DNA of 62,157 bases, counting the filler. It is 11 parts of 11 records of this genome, joined end to end, with 100 filler letters (N's around TTAATTAATTAA, not from the genome) between each part and the next. Parts side by side here need not be neighbours in the genome. Positions count along the whole stretch, not along the records: positions 46,409 to 54,733 come from SRR7504441_8889; positions 54,834 to 58,837 come from SRR7504441_8892; positions 58,938 to 62,157 come from SRR7504441_8893; 8 more parts are not named here. One strand, 5' to 3'. Shown here in pieces: positions 46,409-58,973 of the stretch. Below the pieces are notes generated by a model. That model had not been told where the DNA came from and did not search any database. It saw nothing but the letters and a program-made list of their open reading frames with translations. Positions within the stretch are counted from its first letter, which is position 1; the number at the start of each line of letters is the position of its first letter. A program made the translations under genes and the position numbers.

Positions 46409-49400
46409 CTGCTCTTGTTCCTGCTCTTGTTCCTGCTCCTGCTCCTGCTCCTGCTCCATCAACTGGTCAAGGGGGCTGGCGTCGTCTTCTTCAACACTTT
46501 CCTGTGGCGCTGAGCGTGCTGCGCGCTCCAGCACATCTTGGAGTCGACGCTGAGCCACACCGCCCTGAATGAAGTTTTGATGCTCTGTTGCCAGAGCTCT
46601 GGCCTGCTCGATCAACCCCTTGCGCACAGGTACTGCACTCGCGATATCAAAGTCCACAGGTTCGCGGAATTGAGCAATGCAATCGCTGAGCTTCTGACCA
46701 TCTGGCCCAGAGAATCGATCCAGTCCGACTCCAGGATGCTCGGAGTCATGCAGCTGCTCAAAGTTGGTAGGCATTCGTGCCTCGACGTCCTCAAGTAAGT
46801 ACGTCAGGGCCTGCTTTCTCCAGATGTTGTGCAGCTCTTGCGTGTTGAGCTGTAGGAATTGAAGACCCTCCATGTGCATTGAGTTGAGCATCAGCCAAGC
46901 TGATACACAGAGCTCCCAATGAGGATTGCCTTGCTCATCACACTTGTAGAGGCCTGGGATTGACTTTAAGTCCTGCTTGATGCAATGTGCTACTTCAGAG
47001 ATGATGTAGAGATGGATTCTCTGCCCCCCAGCACCAATATTCCTCATACGGAAGCATCCTTGAGCAAAGTCTCGGAAGGTCATATCCTGAAAGACCCAGC
47101 CTTAACCCCTCACCCTAAAATCTTACAAGTACTACTTTAGTAATATTAATGTGCGCACTTTGCAGATTGTGACGACAGCTCTTGCACTTGGGAACTGTTT
47201 GATGTCCATACCCGTTGTGTGGACCTGGTCGTAGAAAGAGAAACGATCTTGCCACTCCAGGCCACTGCGAGATAACAGAGACGATTTGCCACTTCGAAGC
47301 AGAATCATTTGCCGATCTCTGCTGTCCAAATACACAACACCCTTGAAGCTTGCTGGCAGACGGGAAAGGAGTGCATCCGCCACTTCCTCGTTTGTGAGTC
47401 CGGTTACTAGAGCACCAGTGTCGATCAACGCATGGAAGGGCGGGTCTGCCTTTGCAATGTCGGCAAGCAAGCTAAGAGCAGTCCATTCTCGCTTCACCTC
47501 TGCTGTGATTACCTTGGGAGAGGTAAGCTCTGCCACTATTCTGCCATCAGAACCTGGCTCTGGTCCACATTTTCCAAAGTCTATCGGAAGCAGGTAGCTA
47601 GGCGTGCCACTGAAGCCGATTCGGTGTCCAAAGAGTATGTCCGAAGCCAGCTCATGTCCACAAGCTGATATTTTGGTGCGCTGGAACTCCATGCAATCCG
47701 GGAAGATGTGCATTGAAAGGTAATAGTGAATAACCTGCGGGACATAACGCCACATTCGCCACAGCTGCTCTAATTGGGACGAGTCGTCCGGCTGGAACAG
47801 CTCCAATGGGAGAACAGTGGCGGCTGCACATGACTCGAGTGCCACAGCATCGGCCTCAAGGCGACGACTGCGAAGCACGCGCACGAGTTGTTGCACCTCT
47901 GTGCACGTGACCTTGATCTCCACTTCGGGATTCAAAGTTGTAGCAGCCACTTTCCGAACCGTGGGCAACAGCTCGCATGCAATTTCTGCCGCCTGAGCAC
48001 ACATGCCAAGCAAGTTTGCAAACGAAACCTGCCTATCGCGGCCGGATCTGCACTGGTGTGCGAGTTTCTGCAACTGTTGGAGAAGCTGGAAAGAACCCCC
48101 CGATTCAAGCAGGTCCTTGATACTTTGCAACTGGTCCGGCTGCAACTCGCCTGTCTGACTATAATGTTCGATCAGCCTCTCAAGAGCCGAAGTGACTTCC
48201 ATTCTTGCATTTAGCTTGCCAGTCAAAGACGTGATGCCATGCTTAGCATTTGCAAGTTTACCCAGCTCCACCCACAACATATAACGCATTGACGATGGGC
48301 GAGTCTTCTTGTCTCCCTGCTCCCGAGAAAACTGAAATCTGATTTGTTTGACAATTCTCTTGACATCTTTCCGCCGCAGTCCTTCATAACGGTAGGCAAG
48401 GATGGTAAGACCAATCAACACATCGGGATGCGCAAACTCTGCAGCGTGGGCTGGCACGTCCTTAGCAACGAATGGAACAGCCATGTACTTCCGAACCAGA
48501 GGCGCATCCCTAGGCAAAGGGTCCGATTCGCCAAGCAATCCAAATGTTACACGATTGATCTTGCTCAGGGTGTGAGGCAAGAATTGCTGACACCAGGCAG
48601 CAGACAAGTTGAGCAGCTTCATTGGCCTCTCGCAGATCTGCGCTTTCGACTCGCAGATAGTTTGAAGCAGCTGCTTGGCCATGTAAAAGCATTCGTTTTG
48701 CACATGCGCAACAAAGTCTGCGAGAACAGAAGCAAGCTCGTCTTCGCCAGTCACAATTTTCCGCGCATTTTCATTTGCGATAGAGAGTGCAGAAACAACG
48801 GCGCAACAATCGGCTGCAGGTGGGATGGAGTCGCTGGTGGTTCTTTCTGCAGGAAGCGATTCTATGCTGCTCACGAAGCAGGACATAGCCTTTGACGATT
48901 CCGAATGTGGCAACAGTGCCTTTATCTCTTTGACGAGCACTGCTCGCGAGCACATGCGGTTGATCTTCGTGTAGCCAACGAGATAACTGAGCAGCACAGC
49001 GTTTGTAACACCTAACCTAGTCAGGTCCTCTGACAACGCCCGATACAGCCAGATGATCATCCACCTTGCCACCCCTGGCTTAATGTGATAATTATAAAAC
49101 TCAGCATCCAACAGCACCAAGTGGGGACTTCGCTGCATCTTGTTCGCTGCTTTACCAGCTTCGACAGCAACCGACACTTGCTTGGCAACAGCGGCGCGCG
49201 TAAAGCCACTCTGAAGCTCAGCGTCCACCCATGCTTCGGGAGGATCTTGAGCTCTTGCATGGTCTTGAGGAAACACACAGCTGAGACAGTGTGACGGAAG
49301 ATCCCAGCGAGCTGGGGATAGATCAATGGCCGACTTGAGATCAATAGGGTAGTTGAGCTCGCTCTTCAAAGGATGAAGTAGAACATCGACCTCGTCCATT

Positions 49401-52400
49401 ATAAGAGTTCCATTCTTGAATAACTTGAGGAGGGGGGCGCACATGTCTGACATGTCTGAGCGGAGGCCCATTCGATGCCTAATATCTTCCTTCTCGCTTT
49501 GCGCTGCAATGCTATCACTGTTCGTAGGGCGGAACCTGTCCATGTCCGTGTGTTCTATGATGTGGAGCAACTCAATCATCTTCAATAGCGCAGACTTGAT
49601 CGCCTCAGGTTTTGCGCACACAATTCCTCGGTGCTTTACTGCGTCATTCAATTTGCGAATTATGTCTCGAAAGATCCTAGGGTCATCGGCGCACTGCCTC
49701 TGAAAGTCGAGAGTGAATATCTTCTTTGGCATCACTGAGCTAAACACTTCTCGCAGCCGGTTGCGACTCATCTCGAGCAGGTTTGGAGGGCATGTAACTA
49801 CTACTAAGCGGTGTGAATCAGCAAGGCACAGCGAAAGCAATGGTCCGATAACAGTCGTCTTGCCTGCGCCCATTATCATTTGTGAACACGAAGATTCACC
49901 GCGCTCATATTTGTCCAAGTAGTCTTTGCTCATCTCGACCTGCCGTCTACGAAGCATATGCTGAAACATGTATTCAAACACCAAAAAGCGCGGATCATAC
50001 TCATACGCCACATCACTCTTTCTTTTCATGGAGTATCGTTTCGTATGCATTAGTCCTGCAAGTCCAAGAGATCCCTGAGACAGCTTGTGGGTTGCCAATA
50101 CAACTTCAGAAGCTGGCATTTTGCGACTGACTGAGATGCGGAGTAGTGCCTGAAGCTGAATGACTTGCTCGATGCACCGATTCGCGTGAATCACACGCAT
50201 GCAATACAATTGGGCAGCGAAGAGTAGTCTCAATGCATGTGGCGCATCCCGAATATAGGGATTTGCCGCCAGCAGATCTTCAGTGCCTTGAGTTGACAGC
50301 AGAGCACGGATACCAAATCGAATATCTGGAGTAGCGCGCTGTTTACACTTGCACGCGAGTCGAAATAAATGACAAGCGGACGGATCGTCCGTAAGGCCTG
50401 GATCTGCGAATTCCATCGCACCTAGGATTCTTTGGGTTGCTGTCATCATCCACTTCTCGTCGCATGCCTGTAATTGTTGTAGCCTCTCCAGAAGCAACTG
50501 CAGCCTTGATTGCACCGCCTCCGAGCTTTGATCCTCCCCTAGTGCATTTACGAAGATGGAAGAATCTTTCCCGGTCAAACCTTTAATCCAATTTGTTGTT
50601 GCAGCCTGTTGACTGTCGCGATACCGCTGGATATCTTCGTCAGTACGAGCTAGAAACTCTTTTGACACATCAATTTGGGCGGCTTTGTGGCCACTTAAAT
50701 CAAACGGTAAGCACATAGGCAGCTCCTTCGCATCGTTGGTTGTCTGGATGAAAAACTCCTCAAAGTTCTCGATCGCCTGCAACGGAATACACGCAAAGCT
50801 GTCTACATCGGTTGCGCTCATGAGTAACTCCTCGCTGGCATCGCTCGGCACAGTGAAGCTTCGACTATCATCGGCACTGTGTACAATAGGAGCAAGCATG
50901 CGAGATGTGCAGCTCATATCAGTGACTTGATGTGGGCGCTCAAGTGTGTCTTCTCCAACAACCGCGTTCACAATGCGTGGCGTGAGCTTGTCTCGTAGCA
51001 AATTCGTGTGCGCGTCCGCCTCGGTCCAACTTAGATGCATCGAGGCGTCACCTGGTAGGTCGAATGGAGGCTCTGGGGTCATAGGGACTTCGGCGCCGGC
51101 ATCATCAGAGGCAGTAGTGCTCTGCTCTTTGACAGGAAAGGTGCTCCAGTCGTTACTCCCCTGAGGACCATGGGAGAGCCACCAAATGCAGGCTTGTTGT
51201 ACATCATGGCCGACCTGTGACAGTGCAATACGGGCTTGATCAATCTGACAGCACATTGCACTTGCCATTGTCATTTCATCCTCATTCGCCGGAGAAGCCT
51301 GTGCATCAGCCTCGTCTGACTGTCTAAGAGCGAATTGGCTCGCGGTATTTGTAGCCCAGTCCTGGCACCAATGCACCACGTGCTCGAGTTCGCGCAGAAA
51401 CCTATGGAGAAGGTTGGTACTATCAAACTGCGAGTTGAGGTTGGCACCATCCCTCAGCGGGCCGAGCACCGCGTCAGGAATTGCAGGCCATGCAGCTTCT
51501 GGGAACACCTGCAACATCACAAGGACCGCCATATAGCGATGTAGTTCTGGCCTTACCTCGTGCCCAGAGTGATCACGGCCCCAGTGAGAAAGTTTGAGAT
51601 GAAAACAGCGAAGCAAGAGTACGGCAAGTGTCTGGCTGGAATTGGTACCGTCAAGGTTCTCCCAATCAACAATTTTACTTCTCCCCAGCAACAGCTCGTA
51701 GAGAAACAAGAACCCCTGCTGTCGCGACCCCCCACTCACATCATCTTGCATCAAGTTACCTTCAAACAGCTCCCGAAATGCAAGGTTTTCATCCATAATA
51801 CCAGTGTGGTGATCAGCTGTTGTATCCTGACCCTCTGGTGGCACAGGCAGCCTTACATATGTCAGCCTATTTTCTCCTCGCAGACTCTCGGGAGCACACC
51901 GTGCTGCTTCAAGTAGTCCATGCTCCCAGATTCGCCCTCCACAGTTTTGAGTGACCGACTTGAGTTGAAGTGCAGAACCAGGTCTGCTCTCCAGGAATGC
52001 AAGACGATTCAACATAATGTTCGTAGCCTGCGAACACCCACGTTTGATCACATCAAGCTCTTCATCGTGGGTAAGCCGGCAGCATGAAGCAACATGTGTC
52101 AGTTTTTGTAGATACTGGGTGTACTCTCCACTGATTTCCCATCCAAGGACATCTTCAAGTCGTTTTGCAGCCAAGGTGCTGTATTGTTGAGTCAGGCCCA
52201 GCTTCAGCCTGCAAGCGTGGGCATCGGGATGAGAATCGTGCACCCCATTGAACAATTTAATTGCCCAGTGCTCTTGTTCGGAGAGTCTGGTGTCAGCGTG
52301 AATGCTGTCCATAAGAGCGAAGGCATCCGCATAGTCTCTTGCCAGGAATCGGAGGAGGAGGAGGTAAATGGACGAATCAAGGGACGATGGCAGCAAGATC

Positions 52401-54733
52401 ATCTTTGAAGCGTGCACTGTATACATGTAAAATCGGCCTTGCATAAACGTTGCCTTCCAAGCTTCCGAGGAACGATCGAACAGAACCAGTGTCGAGAAGG
52501 GTTGACCTGGCATTGTTGGCCGCCTGACCTCATGGTTGCTTACCAACACACGGAGCTCCTGTGCGGCGTTCTGGAGCAATATAGAGTTAGGGATTCCTGC
52601 CAGCAGCTTGTTCACGTATTGGATACCAAGAGGAACCGGCTCCGGTGCATCCCTTACGAATGATTCGGAGATGTACCAGCCAGGGTGGTCCTTCAGATAC
52701 ATTCTTAGTTGGCCCTCGTGGTCCATTTGCGGCTGAAAGCAAAGCTTAAGCCTGGGAAGCTCTACTGAGTATAATGATGGCGACCCGGTCGATGTGGTTG
52801 CCCAAACTAAAATATGTGACAGGTCCTCTAGAGAGGAGAGTACAGTGCCAATTCGATACTGGACGCTATCTTCAGGTGCGTACATAAGGTCGAGGAGAAC
52901 CAGATCCGTAACATGTGATGGCATCGGGCGAGTCCAACAATCTTTGAACCCAAAGACGCCACCAGAATGAGGCACAGCCCATGACCGCCTGACTGCTCCG
53001 GTTCCGCGACCAATTCTCACAAGCTGATGAATGATGGGCTTGTTGCATTTATCCTGAAGCCAGCATGATGCGAGCTCGTATGCTTTGGCTTCGTCAGGGG
53101 CACTCAAACACTTCAGTGCTGTATCATACACAGCAAAGCTCAGGCTAAAGACAACAAGGAGTCAATGCAGGTGGTACCGTAATCGACTGCAGCGCGTGGG
53201 AAACCGTCCTGGAGAAGCCGACTAGTTGGTGAACCTGCTGGTGGGCAATCCTGATCACAGAAATTCACACTCTGGAAGGCAAACCAATGTTGTGCTAGCT
53301 ACGCACCTGTGTTAGCCAAGAACGATCTTCCAGTGTCGATGGTGAATCGATCTTGTGAAACTCGGATTGATTCTTGCGCACAATTTTTGCAGCCGACCCG
53401 GCAGCTTGCGTTGAGATCATCACCTGTGGGCACAGCCTTAATTGCATAGCCCGCAATCAATGGCAAATAACCTCCACGCTGTAGTCAGACCACTCGTCCC
53501 GTTCGTCGCGGGGGCTTCCACGAAGAACGCCATCCTCCCCTTGCCAAAATCGGTGCGAATCCAAGAGTGCGCTAGGAATTTGCCCGTAGAGCAACCTTGC
53601 GGGCAGTAACGTCTCATGGCCGCATATGTGCGGATTCTGCCGCTTGATGACAAGAGAAGGTCCATGCTCGCGTCGCTGGTCGAATTCCCCGGCACAATGT
53701 ATGATGGCCTTGTGAGCCTTTTTAACAACAAAGAACTTTGGGGTTTCCGCCTTCAATGAAAATCGCGTATCAGAAGTAAACACCAGGGTGCGATAGCAGC
53801 GCCTGCCGTGACTGACTAGATTGTAGACGTGCACAACCTGCGTGCAACAGTGCTGAGCTCAGACCAGTTAGCACAAGAACAGTGCACCTTGCGATGCCGA
53901 AGTACAACGATTTCCTTGAATGTGGCCCACCTCCGCTGCTCCTCTTCTTCGATCTCAGAGAAGCCTGCGAGTCCAAGCAGCACACACCGATCATCTGCTG
54001 CGGTCAACGGCTCCTCTGCCATGAAAAGTGGCCACTTCATCCTGCTTGGGCCTCTCGGGAACACAGCTTCCAACACAGGTTGCAGAATATCCACCACCCA
54101 TCTCTCAGTTGGAAGCGGGGGTGGTGGGGGAGGTATCTGCTCGCTAGGTAAGTAATGCCGATAAGGTCGCGAATAGCATTCAAGATTGTACCAGAACCTG
54201 ATGCATAAAACATGTCAGCGCTCTTGCTGATCCTTTGCCTTGCAGGGCCTTACCCATTGAGCGGCTCACCCAACGGCGGATCTTCGTGGCTGTTTGTAAT
54301 GATTACTGGAGACCCAACCCCTGGGCGCAGTGGCTCTGGTTCGTCCCATTCCAGCAGCTCGTAGTTCATTGCTGACGAGTTGGAGCGTGCTAGTGCGCCC
54401 AGCACCTCAACCCACCTACAAGAAATGTATCAACCGCGTGGGATAGATACGCGGGGTTGGTACTTGCGATGAGTGTGGTGGTAGAGCCAGGTGCATTGAA
54501 GAGCTTCCCTTGAGAAGATCATTTCAAAGTCTGGGAAACTGCTCATCGACTCTGGTACTGGTGCTGTCGATCCCTGAGAGTCATAACTCACCACGAGTAT
54601 TGTTGCCATCACAAGCTAGCACCTGGTCTGATGTGACTTCCGCTGACTGTATATCAAAGCGTACTGTTCCACATTGGAAGACGCCAGGAGCCACCTCTTT
54701 CCAGCCACCGCATCGTGCTGAATCATTGTCTGA
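46409..54733 (-). CDS. Giant DUF3638/DUF3645 helicase-like P-loop protein, truncated at both ends
   Basis: QMIMGAGKTTVIGPLL; DEVDVLLHPLKSELNYP; AVPFVAKDVPAHAAEFAHPDVLIGLT; GFSGTP; LIDTGAL; YDQVHTTGMDIK; QGCFRMR; EQEQEQ tract. Confidence 0.85.
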
Positions 54734-54833
54734 NNNNNNNNNNNNNNNNNNNNNNNNNNNNNNNNNNNNNNNNNNNNTTAATTAATTAANNNNNNNNNNN
54801 NNNNNNNNNNNNNNNNNNNNNNNNNNNNNNNNN

Positions 54834-55958
54834 AAGGTTAGAGTCAGAGGAGCAGTCCAAGCTGGCTTTTGAGCGAGCAAAGCTTGATGCCGAGCGGGTG
54901 AGGTTAGAGTCAGATCGCCTAAGAATGGAGGCAGAGGAGAAAACTAGAATGGACGCAGAACGGTGGCCTAGAGCTAGAGGTCAGGACTAGCTAAAGCTTA
55001 CGCGTAAGGGCCAGGTGGAAACTAGATGTTGAGAAGAGTAAGATGGGCTTAGAGCAAGTCAAGCACGAGGTGGAAACACGCAAATTGATGATGGCAGAGC
55101 AGGTGCAGGCACAGGAAAACTATCTTCAGGTGAACTCACAAGATGGTTGCTTTCTCATTCAAATGCTGTGCAGGAACGAATGGCAATGATGACAAGTAAG
55201 GCAGAATCAGCAGCTCAGAATTTAATTGCAGAGGCTCAGCACGAAGTAGCTAGGATGCTGGAACAGGCTCGTCACCAAGCTGAAGAAATAATACAACAGA
55301 ACCGGACTGACCCGCAGACCTCTCCAGATGTAGTTGCGAGCTCCTTTCAAGCGCCCTGCAGGTCAGCTACAGCAGTATGGCCAACGGCCACAGCTCCCGA
55401 CTGGTGCTTCGGGCCGATGCATACTGCTCCATAGCAGGATTGCTCTGGAAGCTAGAAAAGCACCACAGCGCTGTGCCTAATCTGGAAGCTGCACTAACCA
55501 CACTGGGGCGACTGCCCGAGCACACCTCTCTCTTCCGCACAGGTGAAGTCGAACTTGATTTGTGTGCGCTCTTCTCTCAATCAGGCAACCACTCCAAAGC
55601 GCTCAGGTTCACTGCAACAAGCCTGTGCCCTGACCGGAGTGTGGTCAGATTTGCTAGGCGAGCTGTGGCTTCATTGGAGCAAGCAGTCACGGTGTTTGGC
55701 TCGTCGAAACGGCTCACTTCACAACTCGAACTACTGGTCACCGCGAGTTATAATGTTGCTGTGGAGTTGGAACATCTGGGCGAACGCGAGAAGGCTCTGC
55801 AATCTTATCGCACGGCGCTTTTGCACGCAGAAACTCATCTAGGCTCAAATGCTTCCAGTGTGCAGACTGAGATCCAGGCAGCTATTAGCCATCTGGAACA
55901 GCTACCCTCAAAGTCAAAGCGCATGGCAGCACATGCGTTGAAGCGTAAGTCTTTGTAG
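54834..55958 (+). CDS. Coiled-coil + TPR-like protein, 5'-truncated, 3' end unresolved
   Basis: E/K/R-rich coiled coil, then LCALFSQSGNHSKAL and ASYNVAVELEHLG...ALQSY; several introns. Confidence 0.6.
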
Positions 55959-56432
55959 ATGGAGTGCGGTGTGATGGTTGGTACTGCAGGCTTTAGCCCG
56001 AGCAAGGCCAAATCACCCAAGAAAGTTGTTGAGCAAAGTTAGCGTAATCGACCGGTATCTAGGCCCAGATCCGCAAGCATCAAAGGCCGGGAACCAGCAG
56101 TCTCACGTAGTTCCACTCGAGCATCTAGATTACAAGGCAGAGCTTGACTCAGTGTATTTGCTAGCTAAACTATGCCACCCTCGTGGCGAAACTATTGTTC
56201 ATCGTCCATCGATACGAGAGTACCGTCTGTCGTTACGGCGCTGTGATCACTCGGCTACTCGGCCAATGTCAGCCGCCACCCACAGAAACACTGTCAATGT
56301 CCCAAAGAGTGAACCGCGGTCGCGCCAATACGGCCGCGACCCGAAGTACCCTTCGATTTGCCGATATGTTGACGATCCCCCTAGCAGCCTTGGTCCATCC
56401 GTAGAGCTGCTCGCTGGCCATTGCGCCTCGGC

Positions 56433-56830
56433 TCACTGGCGGGTGAGGTGGAGCATCACCACCCCCATCAGCGCGAACGTGATGGTGCACACCAGCTGCT
56501 TGATGTCGGTTTCGCTCGTTTTGAGTTTCCCGAGCTGCCGCCTAGTCAGGCCCGGCCGGCCCAGCCTCCACCGAGCAGGCGCAGCAGAGCACCGCCAGCC
56601 AGGTGCACAGCTTGATCTGCCCGCCACTCGCACCGGGCGCCGACCGCCCGGCCGCCTTCATGGTCAGTCCGGCGATCGAGAGCATCAGCGAGAGCAGCGC
56701 GGCCATGTCCGGCGGCTGCTCCTCAACCCCGAGCTTGCGCGGGCTGCCCACCGGCTCGCCGACAGCCGGCCCGGCCGCACCTGTAGTGCCGGATCATGTC
56801 CGGCCGCTTCCGCTCGCCCAGCTTGTCCAT
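56433..56830 (-). CDS. WDR83OS: Asterix / PAT10 (UPF0139), PAT intramembrane chaperone subunit; 3 introns
   Basis: Spliced product MDKLGERKRPDMIRHYSPRKLGVEEQPPDMAALLSLMLSIAGLTMKIKLCTWLAVLCCACSLGKLKTSETDIKQLVCTITFALMGVVMLHL. Introns 56744-56780, 56617-56655 (GC-AG) and 56535-56571. Confidence 0.88.
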
Positions 56831-56942
56831 CCCCCAGTCTCCTGGCACACCGAAACTGCCCCCGCGCCCGTGCTCCGACGCCGCCCGCTGCAGCAACGGA
56901 AAGAAACACCGCCGGGCTTGTTGCAGGTACAGTAGGTGCGAG

Positions 56943-58426
56943 ATGGAGCACCGGCAGGCCGGGGACGATTTTGCATCGCGCGGCCAGTGGCTCAAGGCGG
57001 CCGGCTGCTACAGCAAGGCGCTCAAGGCTGGGGCTGGCGAGCCGGAGCTGTTCGAGCGGCTGGTGTCCGCGCTGCTCACACTGAGTAAGACGAGCAAGGC
57101 GCTGGCGGTGGCTGACCAGGGAGTGGCGGCCCACCCGGACTGCATGACCACACGCGGCTGCTGGACCCGCGCCATGCTAGCCGCAGCCCGGGCCGACGAA
57201 GCGTTCGCCGCCCTGCAGCCGCTGCCGGCAGAGGCCGAGCCGCTGCGCTACCAGGCGGCAGTGGGAGCCAGGGACGCAGCGGCGGCCTCCGCGGTGCCCG
57301 CAGTGCCGAGCCCATCGGTGATAGCCTACTTGGAGCCGACAGGGGAGCACTGGCCCTACCGGCTCAATCTGGCCTCCAGATTGAGGCGGGGTGGCGAGCT
57401 AGCCGGCAAGTACTGTGCCGGGTGCGCCAGCGAGCAGCCCGAGCTGCTGGAGCTCTGCGACCGGTGCCAGGTGGCCTGGTTCTGCCCAGGCTGCCGGGGG
57501 GCGCAGCCGGGGCATCAGCGCTGGTGCGAGCTGCTGAGGATCTCACGAGCCAACTCGGAAGCCAAGGCCTCCGCTGCTGCCGGCGGTGGGGTCGATCTGC
57601 AGTTGCCCGCAGCTGCGACTGAGCCAGCGGGCGGGCCGCTGGAGGGCTGGGAGGACTACTGGCGGGTGCGGGCCGAGGCGGTCCCGCGGTCACGGACGCT
57701 GAGCCGGGCGATGAACCAGCAGCTGGCCACCCACCATTTGAGCACGCCGCTGAGCATAATGTGGGCGGCCAGGCTAGCTGGGATAGAACTGAACCGACCT
57801 GGCCCGGTCCGGATAGACCTAGTCGGGGCGGAGGAGGGCGCCGAGGGCAGCTCGGGCGAGGCAATTCTGGAGCTGGCCGAGCTGTACCCCGCGGCAGAGC
57901 TGCAGCTGGTGATGATAGGACCGCTCATGCAGAGCAAACAGGCGCGCTGGACCAGGCACAAAACAGTGGTCTCGACTGCGCGGGCACTGTACCAGGACTA
58001 CCTGATGGATCAGCCGCCGGATCTGCTAGTGCTCATCAACCCCGGGTATAGGCCTGTTCTGGGGGCTGGGCGAGCGGGCGATGCAGGCTGTATGAGAGCC
58101 CCGGAGATAGCGACATAGGCGGGCACTGCAGCGAGAGCAACTCGTGGGACCCAGTCCTGATGCTGATCGCCGAGAGGAAACTCTACGCAGTTGTGACTAC
58201 ATACAGTGCGTGGGCTGGCTGGCTTGTGCTGAGTGGACTGGCAGCCGAAGAGGACCATAGGGCCACGATTAGCTATCTCGGCCGGTTGCAACGCAATGGT
58301 GGGCCCAAGGTGGTTGCGCAAGGCCAGAATCCATTCCGATCGCACAACTACGCGGTGTTGCACGTGTCCACCTCTTCACCAATCGTCGCATGTCGTAATT
58401 GGGGTTACATATGCATATCGAATTGA
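56943..58426 (+). CDS. TPR + MYND zinc finger + MSS51/ZMYND15-like C-terminal domain; 2 introns
   Basis: N-terminal TPR; CAGC...CDRCQVAWFCPGC...HQRWC; LSTPLSI; IDLVGAE; LVMIGP; PDLLVLINPG; NPFRS. Confidence 0.8.
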
Positions 58427-58534
58427 TGTGGACTCGACGATTCTTTTTTATTTTTTAAAAATCGATTAGCAGTTAATGAACAATGTCGGATAACTCGGAT
58501 AACTCGGAGTTCGTCGAATTCTTATAGTCGGATT

Positions 58535-58837
58535 CTAGGTAATTCTAGGGAGTCTTACAGCCACAGCACCGGCATCGAGCAGATCTAGATCCGAATTGAA
58601 GCAAATTGCTTGACTGCCTTCACCAAACCCATTTGTGGGACACGCAAATCGAATGACCTGTGGCACTCCACGCAAATTCGAGTGACCCCGGTGCAGCGGC
58701 TTCCACTTCCAGCGAAGATAGAGAATCAGACACACTTCCATACCGCAAAGCGTGCTATACAGGACCATGGCTGGTAGCATCACTCTGGTGCAGCACCAGT
58801 ATAGCAACAGATCGAAGATGACAAATACTCCCACGGC
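58535..58837 (-). CDS. 3' fragment of a membrane protein
   Basis: Two hydrophobic helices in a frame open from the contig edge. Confidence 0.4.
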   Translation of the reverse strand, partial: AVGVFVIFDLLLYWCCTRVMLPAMVLYSTLCGMEVCLILYLRWKWKPLHRGHSNLRGVPQVIRFACPTNGFGEGSQAICFNSDLDLLDAGAVAVRLPRIT

Positions 58838-58973
58838 NNNNNNNNNNNNNNNNNNNNNNNNNNNNNNNNNNNNNNNNNNNNTTAATTAATTAANNNNNNN
58901 NNNNNNNNNNNNNNNNNNNNNNNNNNNNNNNNNNNNNAGTCTTCCGCCAGATGCTGTTTAATTTCATATAATA

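Noticed and set aside
7982-54733. Apparent defence/repair island (PARG-phosphatase, nuclease, helicase, giant ATPase)
   Set aside because: The genes are on different concatenated contigs, so their proximity is artificial. They are intron-bearing eukaryotic genes, not an operon.
1513-56780. Introner-type transposon family generating the introns
   Set aside because: The introns share length and composition but not alignable sequence or terminal inverted repeats within this window. A genome-wide clustering could still reveal families.
13218-58937. Ten identical TTAATTAATTAA palindromes flanked by Ns
   Set aside because: Fixed 100-nt assembly spacers with six-frame stops, not biology. ORFs running into them are truncated.
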